Position numbers and translations under genes: made by a program | Notes under the pieces: generated by a model | Seen by the model: the letters and a program-made list of their open reading frames with translations, nothing else | Told to the model about the DNA's origin: nothing | The model's database searches: none | In this document: positions 12,858 through 25,400 of the stretch, in pieces | How positions within the stretch are numbered: the stretch's first letter is position 1 | Layout of the letters: the number at the start of each line of letters is the position of its first letter | Source: Bacteroidales bacterium | GTDB taxonomy: Bacteria; Bacteroidota; Bacteroidia; Bacteroidales; WCHB1-69 | NCBI GenBank assembly: GCA_045600905.1 | Contig: JAZRYT010000054.1 | Location: forward strand, 2,053-66,052 | Length of the DNA: 64,000 nucleotides | Direction: 5' to 3'

Positions 12858-13412
12858 TTATATTTTTTCAACTTGCATAAAGCCCAGCTCAAGCGGGGTC
12901 TTACGGCCGAAGATTTTCACCATAATCTTCAGCTTCTTCTTCTCGGTGTCTATCTCTTCGATGATACCGTTGAAAGTGTTGAAAGGTCCGTCAATAACTT
13001 TGACTTCCTCGCCTACCGTATAAGGTTGGAGGAGTGACTCGTCTTGAGAGAGCAGCTCGTCAACTTTACCTAACAGGCGGGAAACTTCAGCCGGACGAAG
13101 GGCCACTGGAGGATCGCTTTTATGTTTGCATCCCACAAAACCCAACACGCCTGGCACTTCCAGTAACATTGTGAACACCTCTCCCGTCATTGCTGCTTCT
13201 ACGAAGATGTAACTCGGGAAATAGTTGCGTTCGGTAACGACCTTCTTGCCATTTTTCGTGGTGTGATAGACCTTTTCGGTAGGTATCAAGACGTTCGTCA
13301 CCAGATCTTTCAGATGGGAAAGCTCGACTTCATTTTCAATATTCAGCTTGACTTTCTTCTCCGTACCTGTGACCGCCTTGATCACGTACCACTTGCGTTC
13401 GACTTCTGCCAT
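12858..13412 (-). CDS. nusG: Transcription termination/antitermination factor NusG
   Basis: 184 aa with an NGN domain (KWYVIKAVTGTEKKV) and a C-terminal KOW motif (GEEVKVIDGPFNTFNGII). Confidence 0.95.
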   Translation of the reverse strand: MAEVERKWYVIKAVTGTEKKVKLNIENEVELSHLKDLVTNVLIPTEKVYHTTKNGKKVVTERNYFPSYIFVEAAMTGEVFTMLLEVPGVLGFVGCKHKSDPPVALRPAEVSRLLGKVDELLSQDESLLQPYTVGEEVKVIDGPFNTFNGIIEEIDTEKKKLKIMVKIFGRKTPLELGFMQVEKI

Positions 13413-13451
13413 ACTAGTTATTTTCGATATAACACTAACGATTAAAGAAAA

Positions 13452-13640
13452 CTACATAGCCGGGAACATCAAATCCATTCCCAAATTGAAAATAGCATCC
13501 ATCAAAAACACGATTAACGCGATGATAAGGGAAGCAATGGACACTACCACAACACTATTTCCAAGTTCCTGCATCGTGGGCCAGCTCGTCTTATGAGCAA
13601 GCTCATCATACATTTCTTTAAAATAATTAACTATCTTCAT
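13452..13640 (-). CDS. secE: Preprotein translocase subunit SecE
   Basis: 62 aa with a single C-terminal TM helix, directly upstream of nusG. Confidence 0.85.
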   Translation of the reverse strand: MKIVNYFKEMYDELAHKTSWPTMQELGNSVVVVSIASLIIALIVFLMDAIFNLGMDLMFPAM

Positions 13641-13824
13641 TTTCTTTGAATTTTATTTATTCGATATTTTTAGAAACTTTTTCTTTGATTTTTGCCAAAA
13701 CCCAATCTCAATACCAACTATTTGTTGTTAAGAAAAATCGTTCACAAGATATTGTACACAAACCACTTACAACTTCCATTCCATACATTCGGACATTTCT
13801 TGCCCCGATTTTCTAACAAGTTGG

Positions 13825-13832
13825 CAAATATA
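13825..13832 (-). promoter_or_regulatory. Candidate Bacteroidota -7 promoter box (TATATTTG) for secE-nusG-rpl operon
   Basis: The minus strand reads TATATTTG, matching TAnnTTTG. It sits about 185 nt upstream of the secE ATG, which implies a long leader, so the call is tentative. Confidence 0.3.
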
Positions 13833-13937
13833 GTATTTTTTCTTTCGATTGTTCAATAAAAAAATTTTTTTTTGTTTTATGGCATTGTTTTTGCTTTACG
13901 CGGGCTCTTCTATAATTTCCGACTGTATTCTTATACG

Positions 13938-14600
13938 CTAAATCCCTATTCTCACGTAGGATATTCGCTTGCCCTGCGAAAGCCACATCTTCTCATAAAA
14001 TGTTTGGACTTCCGTGAGGATTGGATCGCAAGGTTGGTTATATACATCGTCCACCTTTTCCAATATCGGCCAATTCTGTTCAGGGGCTACTTCTATTACA
14101 TATTCATACAGTTCCTGACTGTCGGTCTTCAAATTGAGGACTCCCCCACTCTCTTTCATCACTTGGCGGTAGTATCCTACAAATCGCGGCGAAACCAGAC
14201 GGCGTCTTTCGTGCTGCAGTTGAGGATCAGGAAAAGTAACCCAGATTTCGTCCACTTCACCCGGAGCAAAATAATAGCCTATGCGGTCTATGGTTATACG
14301 CAGAAACGCCACATTGGCCATTTGGCCTTCAATCGCGTCCTTACAGCCACGCCATAAACGTGCACCTTTCCGGTCAACGCCAATAAAATTTCTGTCGGGA
14401 TTGCGCTTCGCCATTGCAATCGTATATTCTCCTTTACCGCAACCCAACTCCAAAACTATCGGATTGTCGTTATGAAAATATTCCTGATGCCATTTGCCTT
14501 TCAAAGGGAAAGGAATATTCTGGCAGTCATAATGAGAACGTTGGAAAAGATTTCCAAAAGTCTCGTTCTCAGCAAATCGTTCTAATTTGTGTTTAGCCAT
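13938..14600 (-). CDS. trmB: tRNA (guanine-N7)-methyltransferase
   Basis: 220 aa with the SAM motif LELGCGKGEYT and a TrmB-like core (FPDPQLQ..RRL). Its ATG (14598-14600) overlaps the TAA of the upstream ABC exporter by 1 nt (TAATG). Confidence 0.9.
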   Translation of the reverse strand: MAKHKLERFAENETFGNLFQRSHYDCQNIPFPLKGKWHQEYFHNDNPIVLELGCGKGEYTIAMAKRNPDRNFIGVDRKGARLWRGCKDAIEGQMANVAFLRITIDRIGYYFAPGEVDEIWVTFPDPQLQHERRRLVSPRFVGYYRQVMKESGGVLNLKTDSQELYEYVIEVAPEQNWPILEKVDDVYNQPCDPILTEVQTFYEKMWLSQGKRISYVRIGI

Positions 14601-16393
14601 TAAGCAAGATTTTGAAGTTGAATTAATTTTTTATATAAGCCGTCTTTATTCAAAAGATCCAAATGGGTTCCTTGTTCAACAACTTTCCCCTTATCCAGAA
14701 CGACAATATGATGAGCATTCTGAATAGTAGATAAGCGATGTGCAATTACAAGAACCGTTCTATTACGAACAGCATTATCCAACGCCCATTGGACCAAATG
14801 TTCGGATTCCGTATCCATAGCCGATGTAGCCTCATCCAAAATGATAATAGGAGAATTTTTTAAAACCGCGCGAGCGATACTAATTCTTTGGCGCTGACCG
14901 CCAGAAAGATTCAAGCCCCTATCACTTAATCGATAATTCAAACCATCGGGCAAGGACAAAACAAAATCCTCCATATTGGCAATTCTGACAGCATCCATAA
15001 CATCAGACTCAGCAACATCCATTCCCATTGTTATATTATTGAATAATGTGTCATTAAAAAGGACCACATCCTGTGAAACCAGGGCAAACAAAGAACGATA
15101 ATCAGAAATATCATATTGGCGCACATCAACACCATCTAAAAAGACAGCCCCGGAGGTTGGATCATGAAAACGTTCCAGCAAGTCGGCCAGCGTAGTTTTA
15201 CCGGAGCCAGACTGTCCCACAAGCGCTACGGTCTGACCTTTATGGATAGTAAAATCAACATCAAAGAGAACCGGAACAGCGTCATACGAAAAGGAAACGT
15301 GATTAAAAGAGACAGTGTCATTAAAAGAACGAACGGAAACAGGATTTGCAGGTTGAAGAATAATTTCGTCAGCAGACAAAACTGAATCAATACGTTCAAG
15401 AACAGCCTGGCCGCGCCGATAATTAGAAAAAGCCGTAGAAAAATTCTTTATTGGGTTAATGATTTGAGAAAATAGTGCAATATAAGTGATGAACAGTGCC
15501 GGCGTAAGAAATGTATTGGCATTCAGCACAATTGTTCCGCCAATAATCAAAACAATCATAACAACAGTAACGCCCAAGAACTCACTCAAAGGAGAAGAGA
15601 GTTCAATACGCCGGTAAATGCCGGTTTGGGTTTCGGTAAAGTTGTCGTTTAAGTCATGAAAGACTCTTTCTGAAGTAGATTGAGCATTAAAGGATTTAAT
15701 GACTCTGAGGCCGCTTAATGTCTCTTCAACGTGAGACAAAAGCAAACCCAACCGCTGCTTTGACACGCGCGCACTCTTACGGAGAGAAGAAGCCAAACGA
15801 CCAATTATTAAAAAAGTGACAGGGAGCAGCAATAAAGAATACAAGGTAAGCTTAGGACTAAGATAAAATAAAAAGGCAAGATAAATCAAAGCGGAAATAG
15901 GCTCCGTCATAAATTGCCTAATGGAATTCAAAATAGTAAATTCGACTTCCTGCGTGTCGTTAACCGCACAGGAGACCACATCGCCTCTACGTTGGGCGGT
16001 AAAATAGCCAATGGGCAAAGTAAGAATTTTATGAAACAACTGATTACGCAAATCGTAAATAGCATCACTTCGAATATGTGCCATGACCCATTGGGCAGCG
16101 TATGCAAAAACAGTTTTCAGGAAATACAGTAAAATGGAAAAGGCAATAAGAACGGCAATAGAGTTGCCAATGGTACTAAATGAAAAAAGAGAAGAAAGAA
16201 GGGAAACGGCGAAAGAGGAGACAGGGCTCAAATGTTGGACATCGCCATAAAAAAGCAATCTGCAAAAAGGTTCTATCATCAAAAAAACAAAAATAGTCAA
16301 TACAACGGAAAGTAGATTGAGTATGAAAACACAAAGCAGCCGACCTTTGTAGTGACGAAAAATATCCAATAAAAACCTTTTCTTGAAAGACAT
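14600..16393 (-). CDS. ABC exporter, fused permease/ATPase (MsbA/ABCB type)
   Basis: 597 aa. N-terminal six-TM region, Walker A GQSGSGKTT, signature LSGGQRQRISIARA, Walker B IIILDEATSAMD. Confidence 0.9.
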   Translation of the reverse strand: MSFKKRFLLDIFRHYKGRLLCVFILNLLSVVLTIFVFLMIEPFCRLLFYGDVQHLSPVSSFAVSLLSSLFSFSTIGNSIAVLIAFSILLYFLKTVFAYAAQWVMAHIRSDAIYDLRNQLFHKILTLPIGYFTAQRRGDVVSCAVNDTQEVEFTILNSIRQFMTEPISALIYLAFLFYLSPKLTLYSLLLLPVTFLIIGRLASSLRKSARVSKQRLGLLLSHVEETLSGLRVIKSFNAQSTSERVFHDLNDNFTETQTGIYRRIELSSPLSEFLGVTVVMIVLIIGGTIVLNANTFLTPALFITYIALFSQIINPIKNFSTAFSNYRRGQAVLERIDSVLSADEIILQPANPVSVRSFNDTVSFNHVSFSYDAVPVLFDVDFTIHKGQTVALVGQSGSGKTTLADLLERFHDPTSGAVFLDGVDVRQYDISDYRSLFALVSQDVVLFNDTLFNNITMGMDVAESDVMDAVRIANMEDFVLSLPDGLNYRLSDRGLNLSGGQRQRISIARAVLKNSPIIILDEATSAMDTESEHLVQWALDNAVRNRTVLVIAHRLSTIQNAHHIVVLDKGKVVEQGTHLDLLNKDGLYKKLIQLQNLA

Positions 16394-16401
16394 AGTAAAA
16401 G

Positions 16402-16439
16402 AAAAAAAAAGGGAGTTGTGTGTTTAAGGCACAACTCCC
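16402..16439 (-). terminator. Strong rho-independent terminator after the giant surface-protein gene
   Basis: GGGAGTTGTG (16411-16420) pairs with CACAACTCCC (16430-16439) across a 9-nt loop. On the minus strand it is followed by T9 (plus-strand A-run 16402-16410). Confidence 0.7.
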
Positions 16440-16460
16440 TTGAGTTATTATAGTTTAATA

Positions 16461-19400
16461 CTATTTCGTAATAACAAGTTTCTTAGTAAGTCTTGCTTTG
16501 TTTTCTTCACCTTGTACATAGATGAAATATTGACCAGCAGGAAGGTTATTAAGAACAGTAGTGTAGTTGTAAACTTGGTTACCAGCAGGGATAACGATAG
16601 ATTCTTGAGCAATTGTATTACCTGTGAGGTTAACAATTCTAACAACAACATTACCAGAAATACCAAAGATTTCAGCATTGATTGTACGACCATTTTCTGC
16701 AGGGTTAGGATAAACCTTCATAGAAGTTTCATCAACAACAACCTGAGGTTCGTCGTTAGGATCTTCTTCTGGAATAACAATATTGTCACCTGTTACATTA
16801 ATAATGATTTCGTCAACTGCAAGATTAGTGAAAGTAACCGGAGTAGTAACTGAGTTATGACCACCAATACGCAAAACTGCACCAAGATCTTCATTATAAT
16901 ATCTGTGGTTTAATGTATCAACATGGCTTGTAGCGACCAAAGTATAAACAACTTTATACACACCAGGTTTCTTGAATTGGTTAATCGTCTTATAAACCGG
17001 GCGATTTGTCAAGAAGTGGAGATAATAGTCGTCAAAAGCAACAGTACTAATGTTCATTGTACCAATCGGGAAATGATTAGCATAAAGATCCGTATTATTG
17101 GAATTAGAAGAATTGTAACGAGTCACAAAGTTTTTATCAACTCTATCAGGTGTTATCCAATTAATTGAATCAGAAGTAACATACAGATCTTCATAGAAAA
17201 GACTAGGATCAGCATCCATAGCAACAATATATTCACCAATGCTATCATTATCAATCAACTCACCATTATAGTAAATGTCAAAATCTACAAAAACGAGTTG
17301 ATCACGGTTATAGTCACAAGGATTGGAAATCATCCAAGTATATTGGGAGTTTTGATCAGCTGTAGTAGCCTCGAAGTAGTGAGTTTCTTGACCATTGTGC
17401 GTGAAGATGAAACCAGGCATACCAGTAACAACAACTGTAACAGCATCATTAACTGCAAAAGTACGAGGATCTGTAGAACCGTTAAGAGTTTCAGTAGAAA
17501 CGCAACCATTAGCATCAACAACTTCAACAGTGAAATGATAAGCACCTTCAGCAACAGGATTGAATGCATAAACATTAGAAGGAGTAGCATCAGTAACAGC
17601 TGTTTGACCGTTAAACCACTTGTAAGAAATGAAGCCCGGTGTAGCTGTTAAAATTGCAGTACCATCTTGGCAAATTGAAGTATCAGAAGAAACAGAAGGA
17701 ACAGGGATTGCGTTAACAGTAATAGCAACAGAAACGGAATCGAAACCACATTCGTTTTCAACAATATAATATGCAACTGCACCATTGTAGCTCAAATCAT
17801 ACTTAGTTTCAGGATTAATAACTTCAAAAGCATCATTCTTACAAATCTGCCAAGAAGTAGAGAGAACAGTAGCATTATTACCAACTGTGTAAGCAGGAGC
17901 ATTCAAAGTAAAGAGACCTTGACCATCGCAAACTGTGAAATCAGCTGCAGACAAAGTACCGGTAATAGAAGGAAGTGTTCTAACATTAATAGAAACAGGT
18001 CCATCAATTACGGTAGAACCACAATCATTAGTAGCTACATAACGAACTTGATAAGAAATACCATATTCGAAGTCGATATTGGCAGTCGTATCACCCCAAT
18101 CAGAAGCACCAACTTTAACTTGGAAAGTAGCAGTACCTTCGTCACCATTCCACTCAACAGCAGGAGCTGTGAAAGAAGTAATGCCTGCACAAACAGTATC
18201 AGCTGCCAAGGTAGCTTCACCATCACGTTCAGGTTTTGTATTAACAGTAACAGTGACAGGAGCAACAACTTCGATCATTTCATTATCAGTACAAGCGTTT
18301 TTAGCAACGTAACGTACTTGATAAGTATGACCGTATTCGAATGAAGAACCATTAGTCCAAGCAGTCCAAGCACCATTATCAACTTTGACTTGGAATTGAG
18401 CAGTACCGTTAGCGCCATGGTAATCAACTGCAGGAACTGTGAAAGTAACAGACTCACCAGCACAAGCAGTCTTATTTTCAAGTGTATTTGTTGCAGTAGG
18501 TTGATCGGTTACAGTAACATGAGCAACAGCAACAGTATCATTACCACAATCGTTAAGAGCGATAAGACGGAAATCATAAACATTACCATAAGCAACAGTT
18601 ACAGTAGCAGCACTAGGAACCCAAGCATTACTATTAACCTTAACTTGAAGTTCTGTAGTACCTTCATTATCATTCCAGTTAACTGAAGGAATAACAGGAG
18701 TGAAATCAGAACCAGCGCACAATGTATCATTTTGTTCAGCAACAATGTTAATAGCAGGTTTAGCAATTACAGAAGCAGTAGCGATAAGAGCAGTATCGTT
18801 GCCACAAGTATTAGAAGCAATGAAACGAGCTTGATAAACATTTCCATAAACTACATTCAAAGAAAGTTCTGTGGTTGTAGCCCAATCGCCCTCGCCAACC
18901 TTAACTTGGAAAATACTATCACCCTCATCACCGCGCCAATTAATAGAAGGAGCAGCGAATGTGAATGCTTCACCATTACAAAGAGTATCATTTGTAGGAT
19001 TAGCAGAAATAACAGGGGAATTGTTAACAGTAATTGTAACAGGACCATCAATCAATTCGTCGGTACCACACATATTTGTAGCAACATAACGAACTTGATA
19101 AGAATTACCATAAGCGAATGAAGAACCATTAGTCCAGGAAGCCCATTCGGTATCACCAACTTTGACTTGGAATTTAACCGTACCTTCATCACCATTCCAA
19201 TTAACAGAAGGAGCAACGAAAGTAACAGTACCATTGTTACAAACTACTTGATCAGTCATAGTAGGACGACCATTCAAAGCAGGTTTGTCATTAACCTTGA
19301 TAGCTACAGGACCGTCAACAACTGTGAACTCAGAACATTTGTTTTCTGCAACATATTGTACGCTATAAGTGTGACCAAATGTAAATGTGATAGAAGCGGT

Positions 19401-22400
19401 AGTATCAACAAAATCAGCACCATCAACAGAAACTTGGAATTTCTCACGACCTTGATTACCCTTCCAATTAATAGTAGGAGCAACAAAGTCTTTAACAGTA
19501 CCATTGCAAACAGTATCAGCAGCTAAGGTATGAACAGTAGCGACTGGAACGTCATTTACTGTAACAGTAACAGGACCGTCAAGAACAACTGTATCGCACA
19601 TATTACCAGCAACGAAACGGAATTGATAATCAAAACCATAATTCAAAGTAGTGGTCGGAGTAACTTCAGCCCAAGTAGCAGCATTGTCAGCAGAAACTTG
19701 GAAGAATGTTGTACCAACACTATTATGCCAGTTAACATTAGCATAAGCAGGAGCAGCGAAAGGAACACTACTTCCAGCACAAACTGTAGTATCAAACAAA
19801 GTCTTGTATTGATCGGCCAATGTAGGAGCATTGGTAACATGCAATTGAACAGGAGAAGTCACAACAATGTTGCAGCTGTTAGAAGCATAAGCAAATACAT
19901 ACTTACCGTTCATATCTTCAGTAAGGGCATCAGTAGGATCAAATGCATCACCATTACGATGAGATAATAAAGAATCACTTTCAACCAGACGCCAGCCTGC
20001 ATTTTCTGCATCAGAAGCAACATAACCTAAACCTGCTTCAATAATAGAAGTACCAGCGCAATGAGCTGCAGCAAGGTCAGCATCAATATTGCTCACAATA
20101 GTAGGATCGGTATTAATTGTGATATTATAAGTAACAATGCTATCGCAAGAATTTGCAGCAGCGAATGTATCAATCAAAGTATGATTATTCGAACCACCAG
20201 CTACATATCTGAAAGTAGTATCGATACGATCGCTTTGGTAATGATATTCGTTGCAAACAGTAATGTTTTGTGTGCTATGAGCGATAGGAATAGTAACAAC
20301 ATTAGCAGCGATAGGACCATAAGCACAACCATTGTTGTCAACAACCTTAACACAGAATGAAGATTGTCCAAGTTCAAGAGAATTAGCAGCTACAACAAAT
20401 GAAGCTTCAGTACCAACGTGTGAGTTAGTCCAAGTGATAGTTTGGAATCCAGGATCATCAATACCGAATGTAAATTCTTTATTTTGACAATTTTCATAAG
20501 TAGCATTAGGAGTAGAAGAAGTTTGATGCATACCTTCGCCAATAAAGAAGAAATGTACAGCAGGTAATGTATCAATACAAACCTTAACTTGTTCAGTCTT
20601 TGTACAACCTGTAAGATTACTTGTAACCTTAACAGTATAAGTACAGCAGAATGCTTGATCAGCATAAATATTGGTCCATGCACCATTAGGAGTGATGTGA
20701 TTACAAGAAGAAGACCATTCGTATGTGAAATTAATATCACCTTCCAAAGAAGTTTCAGCAGAAGCAATCATATAACCATCTTGTTGACCATAGCAGAAGT
20801 GATAATCTTCAGGATTTTGGTTACGATTATAAGCAGCGATAGTTACAACAGGTGTGTATTCGTTGTCATTAATAACTTCTGCAACAGCATAATAAACGCA
20901 GCCGGTATTATTATCAGTAACAGTTACATCATAATTACCTTCACCAAGGCCTGTGAAAGAACCACCATCAATAGAATAAGAGAAGTTACCTTCACCAAGG
21001 GCAGAATTAACGTAAGCAGCGGAAACATGAACTTCACCATTGAACATAGTAGAATCACAAGCAGTATTTACTTTATTGTTGAATTGAATATTAACTTGGT
21101 AAACGTCAGATTCAACTTCTACAGAAGCAATGCTAGGATAAACACAATTAGTTGTTATGTTCTTAACGGTAACAAAGTATGTACCAGCTTCAATGTTACT
21201 GAATATATTAGAAGATTGGAAGTTCTGACCATCCAAAGAGTATTCAAGAACAGCAGAAGCGTTTTCACAAGTAGCGTGTACATAAATTGAACCATTAGCA
21301 CCTGTACAAAGATAATCAGGAGTAGAGCTAATAGAATCAATTTTAACAGGAACAGGGGTGAATGGAACTTCAACAGTATCATCAGAAGTACAACCAGTCA
21401 AATTGTCAGTAATTTGGATACGGTAGAGACCATCCTTCAAATCAAATTTTGTAAAATCGATAGGATCAAAATGATCAACATCATAACCTTGGCCATTAAG
21501 ATATGAGAAAATGTAGTCACAAGTAGCTGCAGCAGGTTTAAGAACTTGAATAGAACCATTACCCGGACGGCTTACGGTAGGATTACACATAGAGTTCGGA
21601 AGAACTTCAAATTTACGAACGATGAACGCGCTATCAACCACAGCAACTTGAGCTTCGACTACACAATGGTTGTCTGTAGTAGCAACAATCGTATAAACAC
21701 CACTATTCAAACCAGTGAAAGAAGCATTAGCAACACCATTCAAAGAGTAGAGGATAGAATGATAATTCTTAACAGTTTGTGTGTCAAGAACTGTAATAGC
21801 GCCATTCTTATCATTGGTACACATATAGTTAGGAGTAGAAGAAACTTCAAGAACAGGATATGTGAAATCAGATTCTACTTCAACATCAGCTTCATATTCG
21901 CAACCAGTCTCGGTAACAGTAGCAACAACATGATAAATACCTGGATTCAAACCATCGAGATTGAAGGATTCTTCATTGGAAGTAACAGCGAAAGTAGCAG
22001 CGACATTAGGTGTAAGGGTCGGAGTAATAACTGCTGTACCTATTTCAGAACAATCAACGTCCTTTGTAGAGGTAAGTCCAAGTGCAACTTGAGGTCTAAC
22101 ATATTCAACAGTAACAGTTGTATCAGATTCACAACCAGTAACAATATTACGTTTAATGATAGTATATACACCAGCATCGAGGTTGCTAAGGATATTAACA
22201 ACTTCATCGATAAATTTAACAGTGTAGGTATAACCATTGGCTTCAGTAATCATAATAGAACCATCAGGTGTACCATTACAAACAGTACGAGGAGTTGTGG
22301 TGACTTCAAGAGAATCAAATGTAGGATATGTAAGAGAATCATTAATAGAAACTTGATATTGATTTCTGCAATTGGTGTTGTTATCTACAACGTACAATGT

Positions 22401-25400
22401 GTCAATCATTGCAGCCAAACCAGTGAATTCAACAACAGAACCAGACTTTGTTTGACCAACAAAAGTATAAGAAAAACTTGCATTAGGATTGATAACAGTA
22501 AGAGTACCATTACCATTGACACAATAATTATTATGTGTAGTATTAAATTCTGCGATAGGAGCATGAGAATTATCCTCAACAGTGATAACTGAAGAATTAG
22601 AGCAATGAGTATAAGGAGAAACAACTGTCAAAGTATATTCGCCAGGATTGAGATTACCAAATACAAGAACATTGCCATTACCACGACGAGTAATATTATT
22701 GATAGTATAGTCATAATCAGCACGGGTATTGGAGAGAGTAATAATACCATTGTGGTTTACACAATTAGTAACTGCATCAGTACTAATTTGAGGAATAACT
22801 GGAGTTTCGCGATGATCAGCAACTACAATAGGATCAGTTGTAAAGTGACAATTGAAAGTAGAAACGATATCTACAGTATAGGTATCACTGAACAAGAAGT
22901 TGAAAGTAAGCGGACTGAGAGAGGATGATTGATAAGTAATAACTTGATTACCAGAATTTTCGGCACCTTCAGAAATATGATAAACGTATCCGTCAATAGG
23001 ATTTACAACTCTGATAGAACCACTCCAAGGAGCAACACAGTTAGCATTATCGGTAATTACACGGAGGTCAAGAGAAACTTGATTATCAACAGTATCTCTA
23101 AGAACTTCAACAGAGGTAATAGATTCAGAAATACAATCATGTACAGTTAACAAATCAAAATAATAAGTACCAACAGCAACATTGTTCACTGTATAAGGAA
23201 GAGTATTCCATTCTGTTGTACCACTTACTCTAACACCTACGATTTCAGGATTAAGTGCTGTAACTGTATAAGTTGCATTAGAATGTTCATTATCACAATA
23301 ATTATTAGGAGTAGATTCAACTTTAACATCAGCAGCCACAGGTTTGTGGAATACAACTAAAGTATAATCTGCAGAAGCTTGACAACCATTCTCATCAGTA
23401 ACAACAACATTATGAACAAGATTTTCAGTTTCAGTAGGATTAACAGTAAGTGTATTAGCAATAGTGGTGCCATCCCATTTAACTGTTACATTACCAGCAG
23501 CATTAGTCGTTGTGGTAGAAAGGACAGTTTCGTAAGGATAACAAGCGTAATTAACAGTAGCAGAAATTTCAGTAGCAATTCTAGGTTCTGGGAAGCAAGC
23601 TCTAATAGTATAATATGCAGCAGGGCCACACTTAGGAGCAACTGTAATAACAACATCTGTATTTTCAGCAACGATAGTACCAGCAACCGGAGTTTGAGTT
23701 ACAACGATGTCTTCCATAGACCAACATTTATCGCTAACAGTATTAGCATTGAATAAGGATGTATAGTCAGGAATTACAATTCTACAATTATTCAAATTAC
23801 GAATAGTATCTGTGGGCATATTGAGTGTAATAGCGGGAGCAACGGTATCACGAGCAACAATAAAGTATTCAGCTGTTGCTTTACAACCTTTCTTATTAGT
23901 TACTTCAACATAAACAGTATAGTCTTGATCACATTTGTTATGGTTAACAGCAATGAAAGAAGTTCTATTAGTAGAAGTATAGTCAATAGCTTCACCACTC
24001 CAAGAATAGGTGAGGTTTTGATCTATAGAGTCAGGGAGATTAGCATTATCAACAGTAATCAATTGATAGTGACCGAATGTCGGGCAAACAACGATAGGTT
24101 CACCGACATGAGGATAATCATCATTATCTGAACGTTCAACGATAGTAACATCAGGAAGAGCGTAGAAATGGATAGCATTTGAAGTATCAGTAGCAACACA
24201 ACCGTATGCATCGGTAACTGTCATTATGAATTGAGAAGAAGTGTTGAATTCACCGCCTCTAACAGGAGATACGGTAATATGAACATTATCTTCAGCGACG
24301 TTAATGTTACATTGGGAAGCAGGAGTTTGGCTCCAAACAAAATTATAAGGAACAAGACCATTTTGGATTAACAAAGAATCGAAATAGATTTGAGCAGATT
24401 CTGTATTACAAAGTTCAGTAACATGATCAAATGCATGTTCGATTGTCATCTCTGCGGGTTTGTACAAATTGAATACAGGAACAACAGCAGAAGAATGGCC
24501 GCATTCGTCTTTAACTTGAGCATAAACAGTTACTAAATCAGTATTAGCGAAAATGTTTGTATTGCTATCAGCAACAACAGATTTGTTTGCATCAAGGTAG
24601 AACAACGGAGCTTCATGGCGAGTGCCTGGACAAGTAGCAGTCACATTGAAGTTTTGGTTGAAGAAGCTGAGAAGTTCAGCGTATGTATAAAGATTGCTTT
24701 CGCAATTGTTGTTCAACGGACGTACAGGTTGAAGAATAACAACTTCACCATCAATAGCAGGAACATTGTTGTTTTTAACTGTGAAGATTTGTGAAATAAC
24801 ATTGGAAACGTTACCACATTCATCAGTTACATTATAAGATCTTCTATATTGTTTTTCGCAAGTAGCGTAAGCAATAGTATCTTCGGTAACAGAGTAAACT
24901 GTAATATTGTTGTCACAATTATCAGTAATACGTGCATTGTCTTTGAGTTGAGCCAATGACATAGCAGCAGGAAGAACACTGAAGTCACAACCTTCCATTT
25001 CAACATTAGCGTTGAATGAAGCATTCCATGCAATAACAGGAGCAACTGTATCCAAACCAGAAACTGTGAAAGAACGTGTAATTTCATTTACACAACCATG
25101 TTCAGAAACGACAGAAGCCGTTACTGTATAGGTATCGGTTTCGCCACAACCAGGAGCGACTACGACAATGTCTTCATCGGTTGTATTGATATTAGTACCA
25201 TTTTTCTTCCAAGCAAAAGTCCAATCAAGATCATTGTCATTGAAGTTGGAACTTGTGAAATTGCTGTTCAATTCGAGACCTTGAGTATGAGGACATTCAA
25301 CATAGCTTTCAGTTGTACGTTCAGCACGTAATTCAGGAGTTTTCCAGAAATTGATTGTTACGCTTACACCTGTATTGGAATAAGTTTCTGTACTAGCATC

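Noticed and set aside
13641-13937. Looked for tRNA-Trp or another tRNA upstream of secE.
   Set aside because: I could not build an acceptor/T-arm (GTTCRANYC-type) cloverleaf on either strand. The region is AT-rich without the needed GC stems.
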